Positions 9,610 through 19,784 are shown, numbered from the stretch's first letter. The stretch is 56,276 nucleotides of DNA from a virus (IMGVR_UViG_3300033148_005213:1-56276); one strand, 5' to 3'. Made by a program: numbers and translations. Notes: a model not told the origin generated them from the sequence alone.

Positions 9610-9891
9610 TTAAAATATTCTTTTCGTTTTTCTTCTTTTTATCTTTACTACTTCTTCTTTCTTTTTATTTTTCTTCTCTACAATAACTCTATTTGAGGTA
9701 ACAATAGGTTTTTCAATTTCTGGTAATTTTTTTCTTTTAAAGTCAGGACAATTGTCATAGTTTTCAGTGATAAATATTTTGAATTTTTTCTTTGATAAAT
9801 CTTTCTTTTTTAGATCGATGGTTTGACAACCATCAAACCATTGACACCTAATACACTGTTTACTTGATTTTCTTTTTTTATTCATCTTCAA
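9610..9891 (-). CDS. Basic Cys-containing hypothetical protein
   Basis: CIRC...C...CPDF; ends KRRKTKRIF. Confidence 0.6.
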   Translation of the reverse strand: MKMNKKRKSSKQCIRCQWFDGCQTIDLKKKDLSKKKFKIFITENYDNCPDFKRKKLPEIEKPIVTSNRVIVEKKNKKKEEVVKIKRRKTKRIF

Positions 9892-12007
9892 ACATATCCA
9901 CTACATTGTTCTCTAAAGCATACAATACCACTTGAATTGAGCCTTCTTCACTGTAACCACACTTTGTTTGCATATTTTTTAATAGGCGTACAACATCGTT
10001 TTTAATGTGTTTATTGTAAGATTCAAAATCCTTGGTTCCAAAGTCGTTAAGTGCTCTGTTAAAATCATAATCATCTTTATATTTTTCAAGAACATTGGAT
10101 TTAATTTCATTCTTGGATACTTTAAACATTGTTTTAAATAAATTTGTTTCAGTTATTTCTAAACCTTCTACATTCACTTGTTGCATAACTGCTTCTGATA
10201 AATATTTCTTCTGGATTGATTCTCTCATTATTATTCTTTCATCATCTTCAAAAACACCACCATTACTTGATTTATCTTCAAGACGTTTCAAGAAATCTTC
10301 ACTTACAACAAATTTGTTGCCAGTGTATGTACAGGTTACTTCATCGCCAATATCATAACTGAGTGCAAATAAATAATCCAAAATATCATCAGTAATTTGT
10401 TGTTCATTATAATCATAAATTGAATCTGATATTTCAGTAAAAATTTTATACTGATATGCTTTTTCAATCTCTGTTAAAATTTCAAGATTTGCACCTTCCT
10501 CAATTACAGGTGTCATAAATTCTATAACATGATTCAATGATATAATTTCATTATCTGTATTAGTTGTCAAGAATTGTTGCATTAAAGAAACCGATCGCCT
10601 ACCAGAAATTCCGCTAAAACCTGTAGAACCAACTTTTGGTGTAAAAATGGAATTCACTGTTTCAGTTGTTAATTTTTCTTTATCTGTTTGGGTAATGTAT
10701 TCTGGAATTTTACCAGTAAGCATTTCTATTTTTAATAAAGCTCCTCTTTTATCAATATATTTTTCATATTTAGAGAATCTAATCCAATTATTTGGCATAT
10801 CATCATCTAATCTAGTAAAAACTATTAATTTTGCAAAAAATTCAAAAACATGTGGTTGAAATATTTTTGCAATATCACCAAATTTATTTTTAAAAACTTT
10901 CAATTCAGTTTCGTAATTTAAAATATATGGAATGTTGATATTGTTTATTCTATCGTTCATTGATCTCATGTACTCACAAAAGCTAGTATCCTGTGGATTC
11001 CACAATCCTAAAAACACTGATTTTATATATTCTTCAGATAATCCAACTTTATGCAATCCGTCTGAAATAATTGTATGTAGTGATTGTATTCTCTTGACAT
11101 TTTCACCCTTCACATCCATCATTCCAAATATACCGTTGTTTGTTTTTGACAATATGCTTGAATATAATTTACTAGGAGTAATTTCCAAATCTTTTGAAAC
11201 ATCAGTATTTAATACATGTGATATAATTGGTTTGGTGGAATACTGGTCAGATGGGTTAAATATACTGATTCCATAACCAGCTTTTTTATCATACCTTGCT
11301 CTTCTAGCATGAATCATGTCAAATGCTTTTTCCTGTCCGTGTTTTTTCACAAGTTTTTCAAATACTTGTTTGCATATTTGGCAAGGTTCGTCTACGAAAA
11401 TCCAATTGAATTGTTTTTCTGTAAATATTCGTTGTTTCATTTCAGAGTCTTTAATCAAATCTTCTAGAAACTGTCGTCTATGCTTTACTGGAATTTGCAA
11501 TATTGGGTGATCATTATTTGGACATTCAAATTCAACTATTTTCTTTTCCGCATTTTCATATTTCCAAATGGTTACAAACAATTCACCCACTTCACTTTCA
11601 TTTAAATATTCTTCAAATTTCTCTAAAAAGTTTTTCAGGAATGTTGATTTTCCAGATCCTGGAGGTCCTTTGAACATTGTTATTGATTGATGATGTTCGC
11701 CAGTTCTAAATTTTTCAACCCAATTGACAAACTCATTTTGAAATACATGATCTGAAAAAAATGGAGAATTTTGATCACTTGCAAAAATATTACTAAGATC
11801 ATATTTAAAAATATCTTCAAATATTTTTTCTTCACATTTGAAGTCTTTTACATTTTCAAACACAAAATCATGTAGTGTCTGAAAAATATTTCGTAATGTA
11901 TAGTATGGATCTTTCTTAACAAGCTCAACAAATGAAAATAGTTGAACACTTTTCACTTTTTGTTCATCATTAGACAAACTGGTTAGTAAAATTTTTGTTG
12001 CGTTCAT
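9878..12007 (-). CDS. prkA: Second PrkA/YeaG-family AAA+ protein (degenerate Walker B)
   Basis: Walker A GPPGSGKST; CPNNDHPIL, IPYILNY, GFSGISGR and CGYSEE motifs typical of PrkA; last gene of the prkA-yeaH-spoVR cluster. Confidence 0.8.
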   Translation of the reverse strand: MNATKILLTSLSNDEQKVKSVQLFSFVELVKKDPYYTLRNIFQTLHDFVFENVKDFKCEEKIFEDIFKYDLSNIFASDQNSPFFSDHVFQNEFVNWVEKFRTGEHHQSITMFKGPPGSGKSTFLKNFLEKFEEYLNESEVGELFVTIWKYENAEKKIVEFECPNNDHPILQIPVKHRRQFLEDLIKDSEMKQRIFTEKQFNWIFVDEPCQICKQVFEKLVKKHGQEKAFDMIHARRARYDKKAGYGISIFNPSDQYSTKPIISHVLNTDVSKDLEITPSKLYSSILSKTNNGIFGMMDVKGENVKRIQSLHTIISDGLHKVGLSEEYIKSVFLGLWNPQDTSFCEYMRSMNDRINNINIPYILNYETELKVFKNKFGDIAKIFQPHVFEFFAKLIVFTRLDDDMPNNWIRFSKYEKYIDKRGALLKIEMLTGKIPEYITQTDKEKLTTETVNSIFTPKVGSTGFSGISGRRSVSLMQQFLTTNTDNEIISLNHVIEFMTPVIEEGANLEILTEIEKAYQYKIFTEISDSIYDYNEQQITDDILDYLFALSYDIGDEVTCTYTGNKFVVSEDFLKRLEDKSSNGGVFEDDERIIMRESIQKKYLSEAVMQQVNVEGLEITETNLFKTMFKVSKNEIKSNVLEKYKDDYDFNRALNDFGTKDFESYNKHIKNDVVRLLKNMQTKCGYSEEGSIQVVLYALENNVVDMFEDE

Positions 12008-12079
12008 TTGTTCCTCCGTGAAATTTATTTAATGTATAAAATTAAATATAAACAAATATTTTTGAAAAAGCAAGAACTT

Positions 12080-12421
12080 TTATTTATTTATCACATACAT
12101 CTTTTTACCATCATCCCAAATAAATTCTGGCTTTTTGGTTATTTGTTTTTCAGTGTCAACTTCGTCACCAACAAATCTAATTACAGTTTCTGGAGATAAA
12201 ACCAATCCACGTAGTCCTTTGTATTCACATGAAATCTGTCCTTCATCAATATCATACACTGTATAAACACCATCCAAAAAATCTTCTTCACTAATACCCA
12301 ACCAATCTGCTAAATATGACTGCATATAATATTTTTCACCACATGAACTGTCATCAGGATAAGAAACAATTTTTATTTTTTTATTTACATCCGTGTTTTC
12401 ATCAAGATCTTTTAATTTCAT
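12080..12421 (-). CDS. Small paralog-family protein (KKPEFIWD tail)
   Basis: MKLKDL...DVNKKIKI start; ETVIRFV...KKPEFIWDDGKK end. Confidence 0.75.
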   Translation of the reverse strand: MKLKDLDENTDVNKKIKIVSYPDDSSCGEKYYMQSYLADWLGISEEDFLDGVYTVYDIDEGQISCEYKGLRGLVLSPETVIRFVGDEVDTEKQITKKPEFIWDDGKKMYVINK

Positions 12422-14056
12422 TTATGACTTCCTTGTAATTTTCGTAACTTTGCCATTTTTAATAGTATATATAATTCTTTTCAATTCTTTTTTTAGTGGA
12501 GGATCATCAGCAGAAACTGTTAAATACGGATTCCTTTTTTCTACAAAGATTTCAGTTGTTTTTAATTCCACATTACCACCCCAAAGATATTCCAATCCTA
12601 CTAAAACATCCGAAATATAATCTTTGACCAATTGTTTACCTTCAAATTGGTGTTCTATACATAGACATTCATCATTTGTCTCTTGTTGGTTTACGGTGAC
12701 ATGTGGTGGATGATAAAGAGTATTTTTAAGCATATCTTTATAATCTTCAGCTTTTCTACTCTTAACATAGTATTCAATTGATTGACGTTCCTGATTAACT
12801 CTTTGACCGACTGTAAACAAATTGTTCTTGTTTACAAATTCCTGATCAACAAATGTATTGATTAAAGTAAAATCTGAAAAATTCTTTCTCACATCAAAAA
12901 TAGCTTTTTGTCCGTTCATCGATTTATCATCATAATTTTTTCTAATAGTTGCATCATGAATTTTTTGGAAATTAAAATTCATCTTTCCTTTGTTTCCAAG
13001 TTCTTCAATATGTTTATACAATCTCAAACCAATTGCATACGGATTTAAACCGACTCTTGACAAAGATACTACTTTAGAATTTAATAATGCAAAATCTGAT
13101 TCATGACTTCTAATTCTATCATCTGCCATAAATAATTTTTCATGCCAGTAACTTGCCCATCCTTCATTTGCAATTTTTGTTCTGATTTGAGGTGCAAAAT
13201 AAAGTGAAGTTCGCCTAACAATTGACAAAATGGATTTCATCCACTTATTTTGTTCTTTATTCAATTTAGGTGAATGTTCCTTTATAAATTCAAGAACATC
13301 AATATTATTTGAAGATGATGTTTTCTTCCATTCTTGATGTTTTGTTTCCAGTTCAGGATATTTACTTTTCACTTCACTGAAAAATATATTTTCACCTAAA
13401 TCAGCATTTTGATTTTTCAATTCATTATATCGTTCAATTTCTTTAATGATATAACTGGATGATTGCATTTGATCTGATAGAAAATGATTAAAATAATATT
13501 CAACCACTCCTTTTAATTCAGTTTTTTCATCAATATCCTGTTTAGACATTTCAGGAAAATAATGACAAATATTATCAATACTTCTTGAAAACTCAATAAC
13601 ATAATCAACCAATTTCATAGTATGCTTTTTTCTCAGTGATTCAATCAAATTTGAATCAGCTTTTGCAATACCTAAAAAATCATCATTCCAAGTATGTTTG
13701 AACATTGTGTTGTTTTGGAAAAAATCAACATGTGCAAGTACATGATAATATATCATGGTATTTAGCCAATCAGGATTATCTGAGTTGTAAAATGATATTG
13801 CAGCTCTCGTATTAATAACCGTTTCAAAAGCATTTGATGGTTGTATTTTGTAACGACCCTCAGTTTGTAGTAAATCAACGTCATGTACCCAAAAATCGTA
13901 CATTGTTGGAACCATTACTTTTGGAGACATTTCATTCATGTCCTTATTGGAAACAACATACTCCAATGTTTCATCATCAAAATTTAAACCAACATCTTTT
14001 GCTCTTAATTTACATTCTTCCATTATTTTCTTTTGTTTCTGGTCAATTAAATGCAT
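12422..14056 (-). CDS. spoVR: SpoVR / YcgB family protein
   Basis: FETVINT, HVLAHVDFFQNN, PQIRTKIANEGWASYWH, NPYAIG, YLWGG motifs. Confidence 0.93.
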   Translation of the reverse strand: MHLIDQKQKKIMEECKLRAKDVGLNFDDETLEYVVSNKDMNEMSPKVMVPTMYDFWVHDVDLLQTEGRYKIQPSNAFETVINTRAAISFYNSDNPDWLNTMIYYHVLAHVDFFQNNTMFKHTWNDDFLGIAKADSNLIESLRKKHTMKLVDYVIEFSRSIDNICHYFPEMSKQDIDEKTELKGVVEYYFNHFLSDQMQSSSYIIKEIERYNELKNQNADLGENIFFSEVKSKYPELETKHQEWKKTSSSNNIDVLEFIKEHSPKLNKEQNKWMKSILSIVRRTSLYFAPQIRTKIANEGWASYWHEKLFMADDRIRSHESDFALLNSKVVSLSRVGLNPYAIGLRLYKHIEELGNKGKMNFNFQKIHDATIRKNYDDKSMNGQKAIFDVRKNFSDFTLINTFVDQEFVNKNNLFTVGQRVNQERQSIEYYVKSRKAEDYKDMLKNTLYHPPHVTVNQQETNDECLCIEHQFEGKQLVKDYISDVLVGLEYLWGGNVELKTTEIFVEKRNPYLTVSADDPPLKKELKRIIYTIKNGKVTKITRKS

Positions 14057-14131
14057 TTGTGTTCCTCCATCAAATTTAATAGTATTAATTAAATATACAC
14101 AACATTTTTAAAAATAGCAAACTTTTTTATT

Positions 14132-14455
14132 TTAAATTACGTCTAACCAACTTCTTCTTTTCTTTTTAAATGTATTTTTTTCAATTGATAATGTTGCAAT
14201 TAAATCATCTGCCCAAATAAATACAGATTCACTTGAAAATATAAATCGATTCTCATCATCTACAATCAACACATGTTCACCATCATCATACACTGAGTCT
14301 ATGGTAAATAAAACATTTACAGTATTTTTTTCTTCAATTTGCAGACTATCACACATTGATTTAATTGTATCTTGTCTGGGATGATTAATTGAAATAATAT
14401 TTGTCAAATATATGTGTTTTCCTTCGTCATCTGTTATCAAGTCTTTTAATTTCAT
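14132..14455 (-). CDS. Small paralog-family protein (WLDVI tail; start re-called)
   Basis: MKLKDLITDDEGK...KKKRRSWLDVI; GGAG SD before ATG 14455. Confidence 0.75.
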   Translation of the reverse strand: MKLKDLITDDEGKHIYLTNIISINHPRQDTIKSMCDSLQIEEKNTVNVLFTIDSVYDDGEHVLIVDDENRFIFSSESVFIWADDLIATLSIEKNTFKKKRRSWLDVI

Positions 14456-14481
14456 TGTATTTCTCCATCTCACTTAAATTA

Positions 14482-14550
14482 GCCCTTTAAATTTCGCAAA
14501 ACTATTTCTAGTTGATACATTTACTGTTGAAAATAGTTTTGCGGTTTAAA
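14482..14550 (-). repeat. Conserved 3' hairpin element, copy 1
   Basis: 69 bp identical to 29841-29909; 13-bp stem CGCAAAACTATTT/AAATAGTTTTGCG. Confidence 0.9.
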
Positions 14551-14556
14551 TGTTGT

Positions 14557-14886
14557 TTAAATTATGTTTAACCAACCACGTTTCTTTTTAGGTTTTTGGA
14601 CAACAGGCAACATTTCTTCACTATCTTGTAAACTATCTTCAACAAATTCTATTACTGTTTCAAAACTTATATGAAATATATATCCAACACCAGTCATCAT
14701 TTCAGAAACACGAATACGATTTTCTCCAATAATTTTTTTATCGAATCTAAATACATCATCCTTGCACAAGTTGCGGTTTAAATACGATTTAATATATTGT
14801 AATGAATTACAATCTATAGCATGAACAAAATCTATTATATTTATTTCCTTACCAACATCTTCATCTTTTAAGTCCTTAACTTTCAT
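14557..14886 (-). CDS. Small paralog-family protein (WLNII tail)
   Basis: MKVKDLKDEDVGKEI...ETVIEFV...KPKKKRGWLNII. Confidence 0.8.
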   Translation of the reverse strand: MKVKDLKDEDVGKEINIIDFVHAIDCNSLQYIKSYLNRNLCKDDVFRFDKKIIGENRIRVSEMMTGVGYIFHISFETVIEFVEDSLQDSEEMLPVVQKPKKKRGWLNII

Positions 14887-14897
14887 AATGTACTTCC

Positions 14898-16151
14898 CTA
14901 TGATAATAATTTCTTAATAGTATTAATAATTTCTTGTTCGCTAATTGTTTCAGCTTGTCCCGAAGTCATTCTAAATATTTCTTTATAATCTTCAAGCATT
15001 CCAGAATTTTTAATATACTGTTCAACTGTAGTATCTCCGGAACCTCCCCAATTATTTTTAAAAATTGAAATACCTACTCTTGAAGCATATTTAAACAATT
15101 TTTTCAATTCTGATATGGTTTCTTCACCGCTATCCCAATCATCTCCATCCGAACAATAGAAACAATATATGTTATTATCTTTAGCTAAATTTTCTTCTTC
15201 AATTATATCATTTACAAGTTTAAAAGCCGGACTTACTTTCGTACCACCAGCAACCTGCGATTTATAATATGTATAAAAGTCTTTCACTTCTTTTGCATTT
15301 GTATCATGTAGAATGAATCTAGTTTGTACTCTATTTTGATATTGATGACATAACCAAGAATATAAGAATAGATGTTCTGTACATGAAACTTCAGCAGGTT
15401 TTCCATCCATTGATCCTGAATAATCCCTTACGAAAAATACAACAGCCTGAGATTCAAATACTTTTTCTCTTGACATTACTCTAAATACTTTATCATTTGG
15501 GTTTACTAAAAGTTTAGAAGTATCAACATTATTTGCATCCAATGTTCCCAGCAAAATATTTGTGGTTGCAATTTTCTTCAGTGTTGCTTTCTTATCTAAC
15601 AATTGCCCCGATCCAGTATTTCTATCTGTAAGATCATACTTAAATTTAGTAATAGATCTTTTCTTGCCCTTGTCTTTTAGATTAGGCAAGTCAAATTCTT
15701 CTGTTAAAATTCTACCAAGTTCAGCAGAATTAGAATCAATTTCATGATTTGCTCCATCACCTTCACCAGCTCCGTTTCCTTCACCCTCGCCTTGTTCAGG
15801 ATTTAATGGTCTTTCGCCAAGTATTTCACCCTCACCTTCTTCACCAGTGCCAGCTTCAGTTGGTCCTTCACCTTCGTCTTCATCTTCTTCAGATACAGAA
15901 TTATCATGATAGAATTTTGGTTCTGATGTAGTTGGCACTATTACAGCATTTGGTCCAACTCCAGATTTATTTGTAATTTTACCCATTCTTATTCTTCTAG
16001 GGAAACCATCTGCTTCCCTTTCATTATCTCTCTCCACCAATTCTTTCAACGTTCTTTTCAATTGTGTAGTTGCTTCAGATTTTTGATCAAACATTTTCGC
16101 ATCATCAAAATCATATAGCCTTACTACTTTTTTAATTTCTTCCATGATCAT
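14898..16151 (-). CDS. yeaH: YeaH/YhbH (DUF444) vWA-domain protein
   Basis: Gly/Glu-rich linker, LPNLKDKG, MIDAS RDYSGSM, GGT, SDGDDW. Confidence 0.92.
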   Translation of the reverse strand: MIMEEIKKVVRLYDFDDAKMFDQKSEATTQLKRTLKELVERDNEREADGFPRRIRMGKITNKSGVGPNAVIVPTTSEPKFYHDNSVSEEDEDEGEGPTEAGTGEEGEGEILGERPLNPEQGEGEGNGAGEGDGANHEIDSNSAELGRILTEEFDLPNLKDKGKKRSITKFKYDLTDRNTGSGQLLDKKATLKKIATTNILLGTLDANNVDTSKLLVNPNDKVFRVMSREKVFESQAVVFFVRDYSGSMDGKPAEVSCTEHLFLYSWLCHQYQNRVQTRFILHDTNAKEVKDFYTYYKSQVAGGTKVSPAFKLVNDIIEEENLAKDNNIYCFYCSDGDDWDSGEETISELKKLFKYASRVGISIFKNNWGGSGDTTVEQYIKNSGMLEDYKEIFRMTSGQAETISEQEIINTIKKLLS

Positions 16152-16161
16152 CCACCTTTTT

Positions 16162-16512
16162 TTAAATTACGTCCAACCAACTAGTATGTTTCTTTTTAGT
16201 TAATTGTTTATTTGATTCATCATCAACAATATCAAATTCTGTTATAGTGTGGATTGATGAATTGAATTGTATTAGAAATCCGTTGACTTCATCTTCAATT
16301 AGACAAACATTCTCATTTATTTTATAATTATCATATTGCCTATATGATCTCAAATGAAATTTATTCCCTATCTTCAGTTGTTGCATTGGCCAATTTTTCA
16401 TATCTCGAATTGCTTGTGCATCATTGATTACATCAATATTAGTAATTCGCAATTTACTATGTTCTGGAATTATTTTTGATGCGTATATTTCTAAAATTTT
16501 GTTCAATTTCAT
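16162..16512 (-). CDS. Hypothetical protein with WLDVI tail (start re-called at MKLNK)
   Basis: Ends KKKHTSWLDVI; promoter 16531-16559 overlaps the longer track start. Confidence 0.7.
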   Translation of the reverse strand: MKLNKILEIYASKIIPEHSKLRITNIDVINDAQAIRDMKNWPMQQLKIGNKFHLRSYRQYDNYKINENVCLIEDEVNGFLIQFNSSIHTITEFDIVDDESNKQLTKKKHTSWLDVI

Positions 16513-16565
16513 AATCAACTCTTTATTTTTAATATACAAAAACTATTTAAGAAAAGCAAGATATA

Positions 16566-16721
16566 TTATTTTTGTTTTCTTCTTCCACAATTCTTACAAG
16601 TTTTAATTTCCATATCAAATCTGTGAAAAACTTTATCAACTTCAATTGTAATTTCATAATCATGAACACATTTAAATTGTTTCCATAATTTTAAAATCAA
16701 TAATACTAAATCGCCAAACAT
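16566..16721 (-). CDS. Small zinc-binding peptide (51 aa)
   Basis: Manual translation MFGDLVLLILKLWKQFKCVHDY...KTCKNCGRRKQK. Confidence 0.6.
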   Translation of the reverse strand: MFGDLVLLILKLWKQFKCVHDYEITIEVDKVFHRFDMEIKTCKNCGRRKQK

Positions 16722-16829
16722 ATTTTAAATTCATTATTTTATATTTAAAAAGGGATTGAACATCAAACTATAATAATTCAATATTTTAATCCCTTTTCTT
16801 TGGAGGAGGCCAAATGAAACTATTTAACT

Positions 16830-18866
16830 TTATTCAGGTTTACAGAATTCCTCGATGGTTTTACAAGAACACGTATGGCAAAAGCCTAATTTATTCATCA
16901 TAGTATCAACCATTCTATTGTAGAGTTGCTTATTTTCTTCATTAGTACGATTTGCAAGAGCACCAACCAAACTACCTGCTCCAGCGACATCTGACTTCAG
17001 GCGAACATCCGTAATTGCCTTAACAAGTTCATTGTTATCAAGAAAATCGTAACCTGGTTCTGTCACCATTTTCTGTGAATAAATTTTTGAAATTGTTGTC
17101 CTAAAACTTTCTTTTTGTTCGTTATTATTTAAACCCAATCTTTTTTCAACACTATTGATAAATGTTTCATTAATTTTCAAAGGAATTAAATCCCCTGATG
17201 ATGGATCTCTGTAGGTCCAAATTTTATCATCACCCAAATTCTTAGCAGAAATTCCAATAATCATATTCACATAGTTCATAACATCTTTTTTAATTGCAAG
17301 TGGTTCATCCATGTAGGCATTAAACACAGATTCCATGATATTTTTTCTATACAGTGTTTTTGCAATTGCAATGTCGTTTTGATATTTAATTCTATCATTT
17401 GGCTCAGATACATAATCTAAGATAATATTATCAAGAGCTTTGAAAATATCTCCAGCAAACATACATTTGCCTTCCTGAGTTGCTGAACTTTCTAATAATA
17501 ATTGCAATGCTCTTCCAAGGTTTCTATGTCCTAATCCTTTCTGTCCAAATCTTTTTGTAACATCCGGTTCAGTATTTAATTCAGTGATAATTTCAGTTAA
17601 AGTTTTTACTGATTTTTCACCAGCTACTTCACCAGCTGCCAATTGCATCATTTCAATTGGTTGTAATTTTTGCACTGATGGCATTCTTGATAATGTTACT
17701 GCAACTGATAAAGCATGGTTTAAATTAGGATCAACATGAAGTTTTTCTCCTGTCAATGTTGTTTTTTTCCTTGCAGAACCAAGTGAATATTCAGTTAGTT
17801 CTTTTTGTAGTTTGTAATTGGTATTGTGGCTCATATAAGTAAGTCTACATCTATCAACAACTGGAGCTTGTTCCTTTTCTTCCAAGAAATTTTGAAATTC
17901 TGCATTGTTACTTGTTGCAATAATTAGAGTGTCGATTGGCCATTTGAAACCTTCAATATCAATAGTTCTGTTTTGAATAACACCTAAATAAATTTGTACA
18001 AGATCTTTTTTGTTTTTAAAGATTTCATCAGCAAAGTGAATTCCGCCACCTGCTACTCTTGCTAATGCACCTCTTTGTAGATCAAATTTATACGGGTTTT
18101 TTGTATCTGTAATGTTAAGAAGTCTAGTAATAGACTCTTCACCAAGTAAATCAACAGCGGATGATGTAATTTTATCTTTTGCGGCATATTTACCTGTTAA
18201 AGTTCCTCTTGATTCTGAAATAGGTACTGGAACAACATCAATAAAATCATTCATAATTTTTTCAACATCATCATCACAATGTTCTTTAATTTGTTCTAAG
18301 ATGTAATCAGAACATGCACCCAAAACTCTTTTATTGTCTTCCCAAAATTCAATTTGTTCATCAGTTGCACCAAGCTCTTTTAAATCAATTCCTAATGCGA
18401 ATGCAAGTAACATTGGATCTTCAAATGTCTGTGATTCAATTTCTCTTATTTTGCCGTATGTTTCAAATTTATCTAGGTTTTTAAATCTAAATGTGTATCT
18501 CTTATTTTCGGGTAGTGCAGTAAAATTTCTGTATGCAGTGTTAATATAGTCAATAACCATCGTCTTGCCATTTCCGGGTTCGCCTATCAAAACAAATGCC
18601 ATTTCACTGGATGATCCACCTTCAGAAGCATCTTTAACATACGAAACAAAACTATTGAGCTCATCATACATCGCAATTGGGTGTTTCTTACCTTGTCTAA
18701 AAATATTGAAGTCGTAAGTTGAAACTCCATTTACTTTCACTTTTTTGATTGCATCATCTTCACTGTGAAGAATGAGTCTGCAAAGTGATTGAAAAACATT
18801 CTCAAATCTTCTTTCACCATTAATTACTTTTTGTACGTGTTCTAACAAACTTTCTCTTTTCTTCAT
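16830..18866 (-). CDS. prkA: PrkA/YeaG-family AAA+ ATPase (annotated family: serine protein kinase)
   Basis: Walker A GEPGNGKT, Walker B IHFADEIFK, IIATSN, VVDR; AGGTGAGG SD before ATG 18866. Confidence 0.93.
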   Translation of the reverse strand: MKKRESLLEHVQKVINGERRFENVFQSLCRLILHSEDDAIKKVKVNGVSTYDFNIFRQGKKHPIAMYDELNSFVSYVKDASEGGSSSEMAFVLIGEPGNGKTMVIDYINTAYRNFTALPENKRYTFRFKNLDKFETYGKIREIESQTFEDPMLLAFALGIDLKELGATDEQIEFWEDNKRVLGACSDYILEQIKEHCDDDVEKIMNDFIDVVPVPISESRGTLTGKYAAKDKITSSAVDLLGEESITRLLNITDTKNPYKFDLQRGALARVAGGGIHFADEIFKNKKDLVQIYLGVIQNRTIDIEGFKWPIDTLIIATSNNAEFQNFLEEKEQAPVVDRCRLTYMSHNTNYKLQKELTEYSLGSARKKTTLTGEKLHVDPNLNHALSVAVTLSRMPSVQKLQPIEMMQLAAGEVAGEKSVKTLTEIITELNTEPDVTKRFGQKGLGHRNLGRALQLLLESSATQEGKCMFAGDIFKALDNIILDYVSEPNDRIKYQNDIAIAKTLYRKNIMESVFNAYMDEPLAIKKDVMNYVNMIIGISAKNLGDDKIWTYRDPSSGDLIPLKINETFINSVEKRLGLNNNEQKESFRTTISKIYSQKMVTEPGYDFLDNNELVKAITDVRLKSDVAGAGSLVGALANRTNEENKQLYNRMVDTMMNKLGFCHTCSCKTIEEFCKPE

Positions 18867-18909
18867 CTTTGACCTCACCTTAGATTTGAATTATTTAGTT
18901 GTAAAACTT

Positions 18910-19473
18910 TTATTTTAATATTGCAAAATTGTGTAATTCAGTTGTTAATGTTTTAATGGTATGACTCAATGATGATCCCCATTCTGTCCACTCAACACCA
19001 TTAAAGTATTGAAACTTTTCACCTGCTTCATATGCATCAATCATTCGTCCATGTGTCAAACGATCTTCACTTAGAGGAGTAAACAAATGAAGTTCTTTAT
19101 TTTCAACAATTGATTTCTTTATTATGTCTCTACTAAATGGAAATGTTTTCATTTCGTCTACATAGTAATCTTCATCAAATGGAACTACTACATGCATTTC
19201 AGGAAAATGTTTTAGATGATCTGAACAAGACATAAATTTTTTTACTGGTTTTGAAATATAAATGTGTATAGTATCGTCAATTGTTTCCACTTGATCACGA
19301 CCATCAATTGTTTCACCTGATTTACTTTCTTCAGGTCTCACAGGGGGTTCGGAACCAATTTGAGCTTTTACAGATCTCATATATTCTTCAGTTCCCATTT
19401 CACAATGCTTTCGATCTGCTTTCAATTGTTTTAAAGTCTTTTTAATTGCTTCTAACATTTTATTCTCCTTCAC
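18910..19473 (-). CDS. Hypothetical protein
   Basis: ORF between promoter 19500-19528 and prkA. Confidence 0.7.
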   Translation of the reverse strand: MKENKMLEAIKKTLKQLKADRKHCEMGTEEYMRSVKAQIGSEPPVRPEESKSGETIDGRDQVETIDDTIHIYISKPVKKFMSCSDHLKHFPEMHVVVPFDEDYYVDEMKTFPFSRDIIKKSIVENKELHLFTPLSEDRLTHGRMIDAYEAGEKFQYFNGVEWTEWGSSLSHTIKTLTTELHNFAILK

Positions 19474-19517
19474 ATTATTTTAATTGCTTACATACTTTCA
19501 ATATAAGTACAAATATT

Positions 19518-19784
19518 CTAAATAGCAAGCTTTATTTTCTTATATTGTATGAAAAATAATCTATGAGATTTATCAACGTTTGAGATATCAGCCCAATTTA
19601 AAAACTCATCTTCATCTTTAAACACTCCAACACCAGTAATTCCTAGAGATGCATTTCCGCTTATATGAGGAAGACAATAATCGACAAACAAATTTCCATT
19701 GCCACCATGATTGTAACCATCTACTAAAAATTCATTATCAACTTGTGATTCTGTAATAGTTTCCATCTTCGTGCCTCCCAGCAT
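19518..19784 (-). CDS. Hypothetical protein
   Basis: ORF with own promoter 19808-19836; GGGAGG SD suggests start at METITE. Confidence 0.65.
   Translation of the reverse strand: MLGGTKMETITESQVDNEFLVDGYNHGGNGNLFVDYCLPHISGNASLGITGVGVFKDEDEFLNWADISNVDKSHRLFFIQYKKIKLAI

Noticed and set aside
14482-14550. Integron attC site
   Set aside because: No clear RYYYAAC/GTTRRRY boxes and no integrase in the window; kept only as an analogy
9878-18866. Host chromosomal contamination or prophage flank as the source of prkA-yeaH-spoVR
   Set aside because: The genes carry the same promoter motif as other phage genes and are interleaved with paralogs and a hairpin element that recur elsewhere in the phage sequence; read-level confirmation is still advisable
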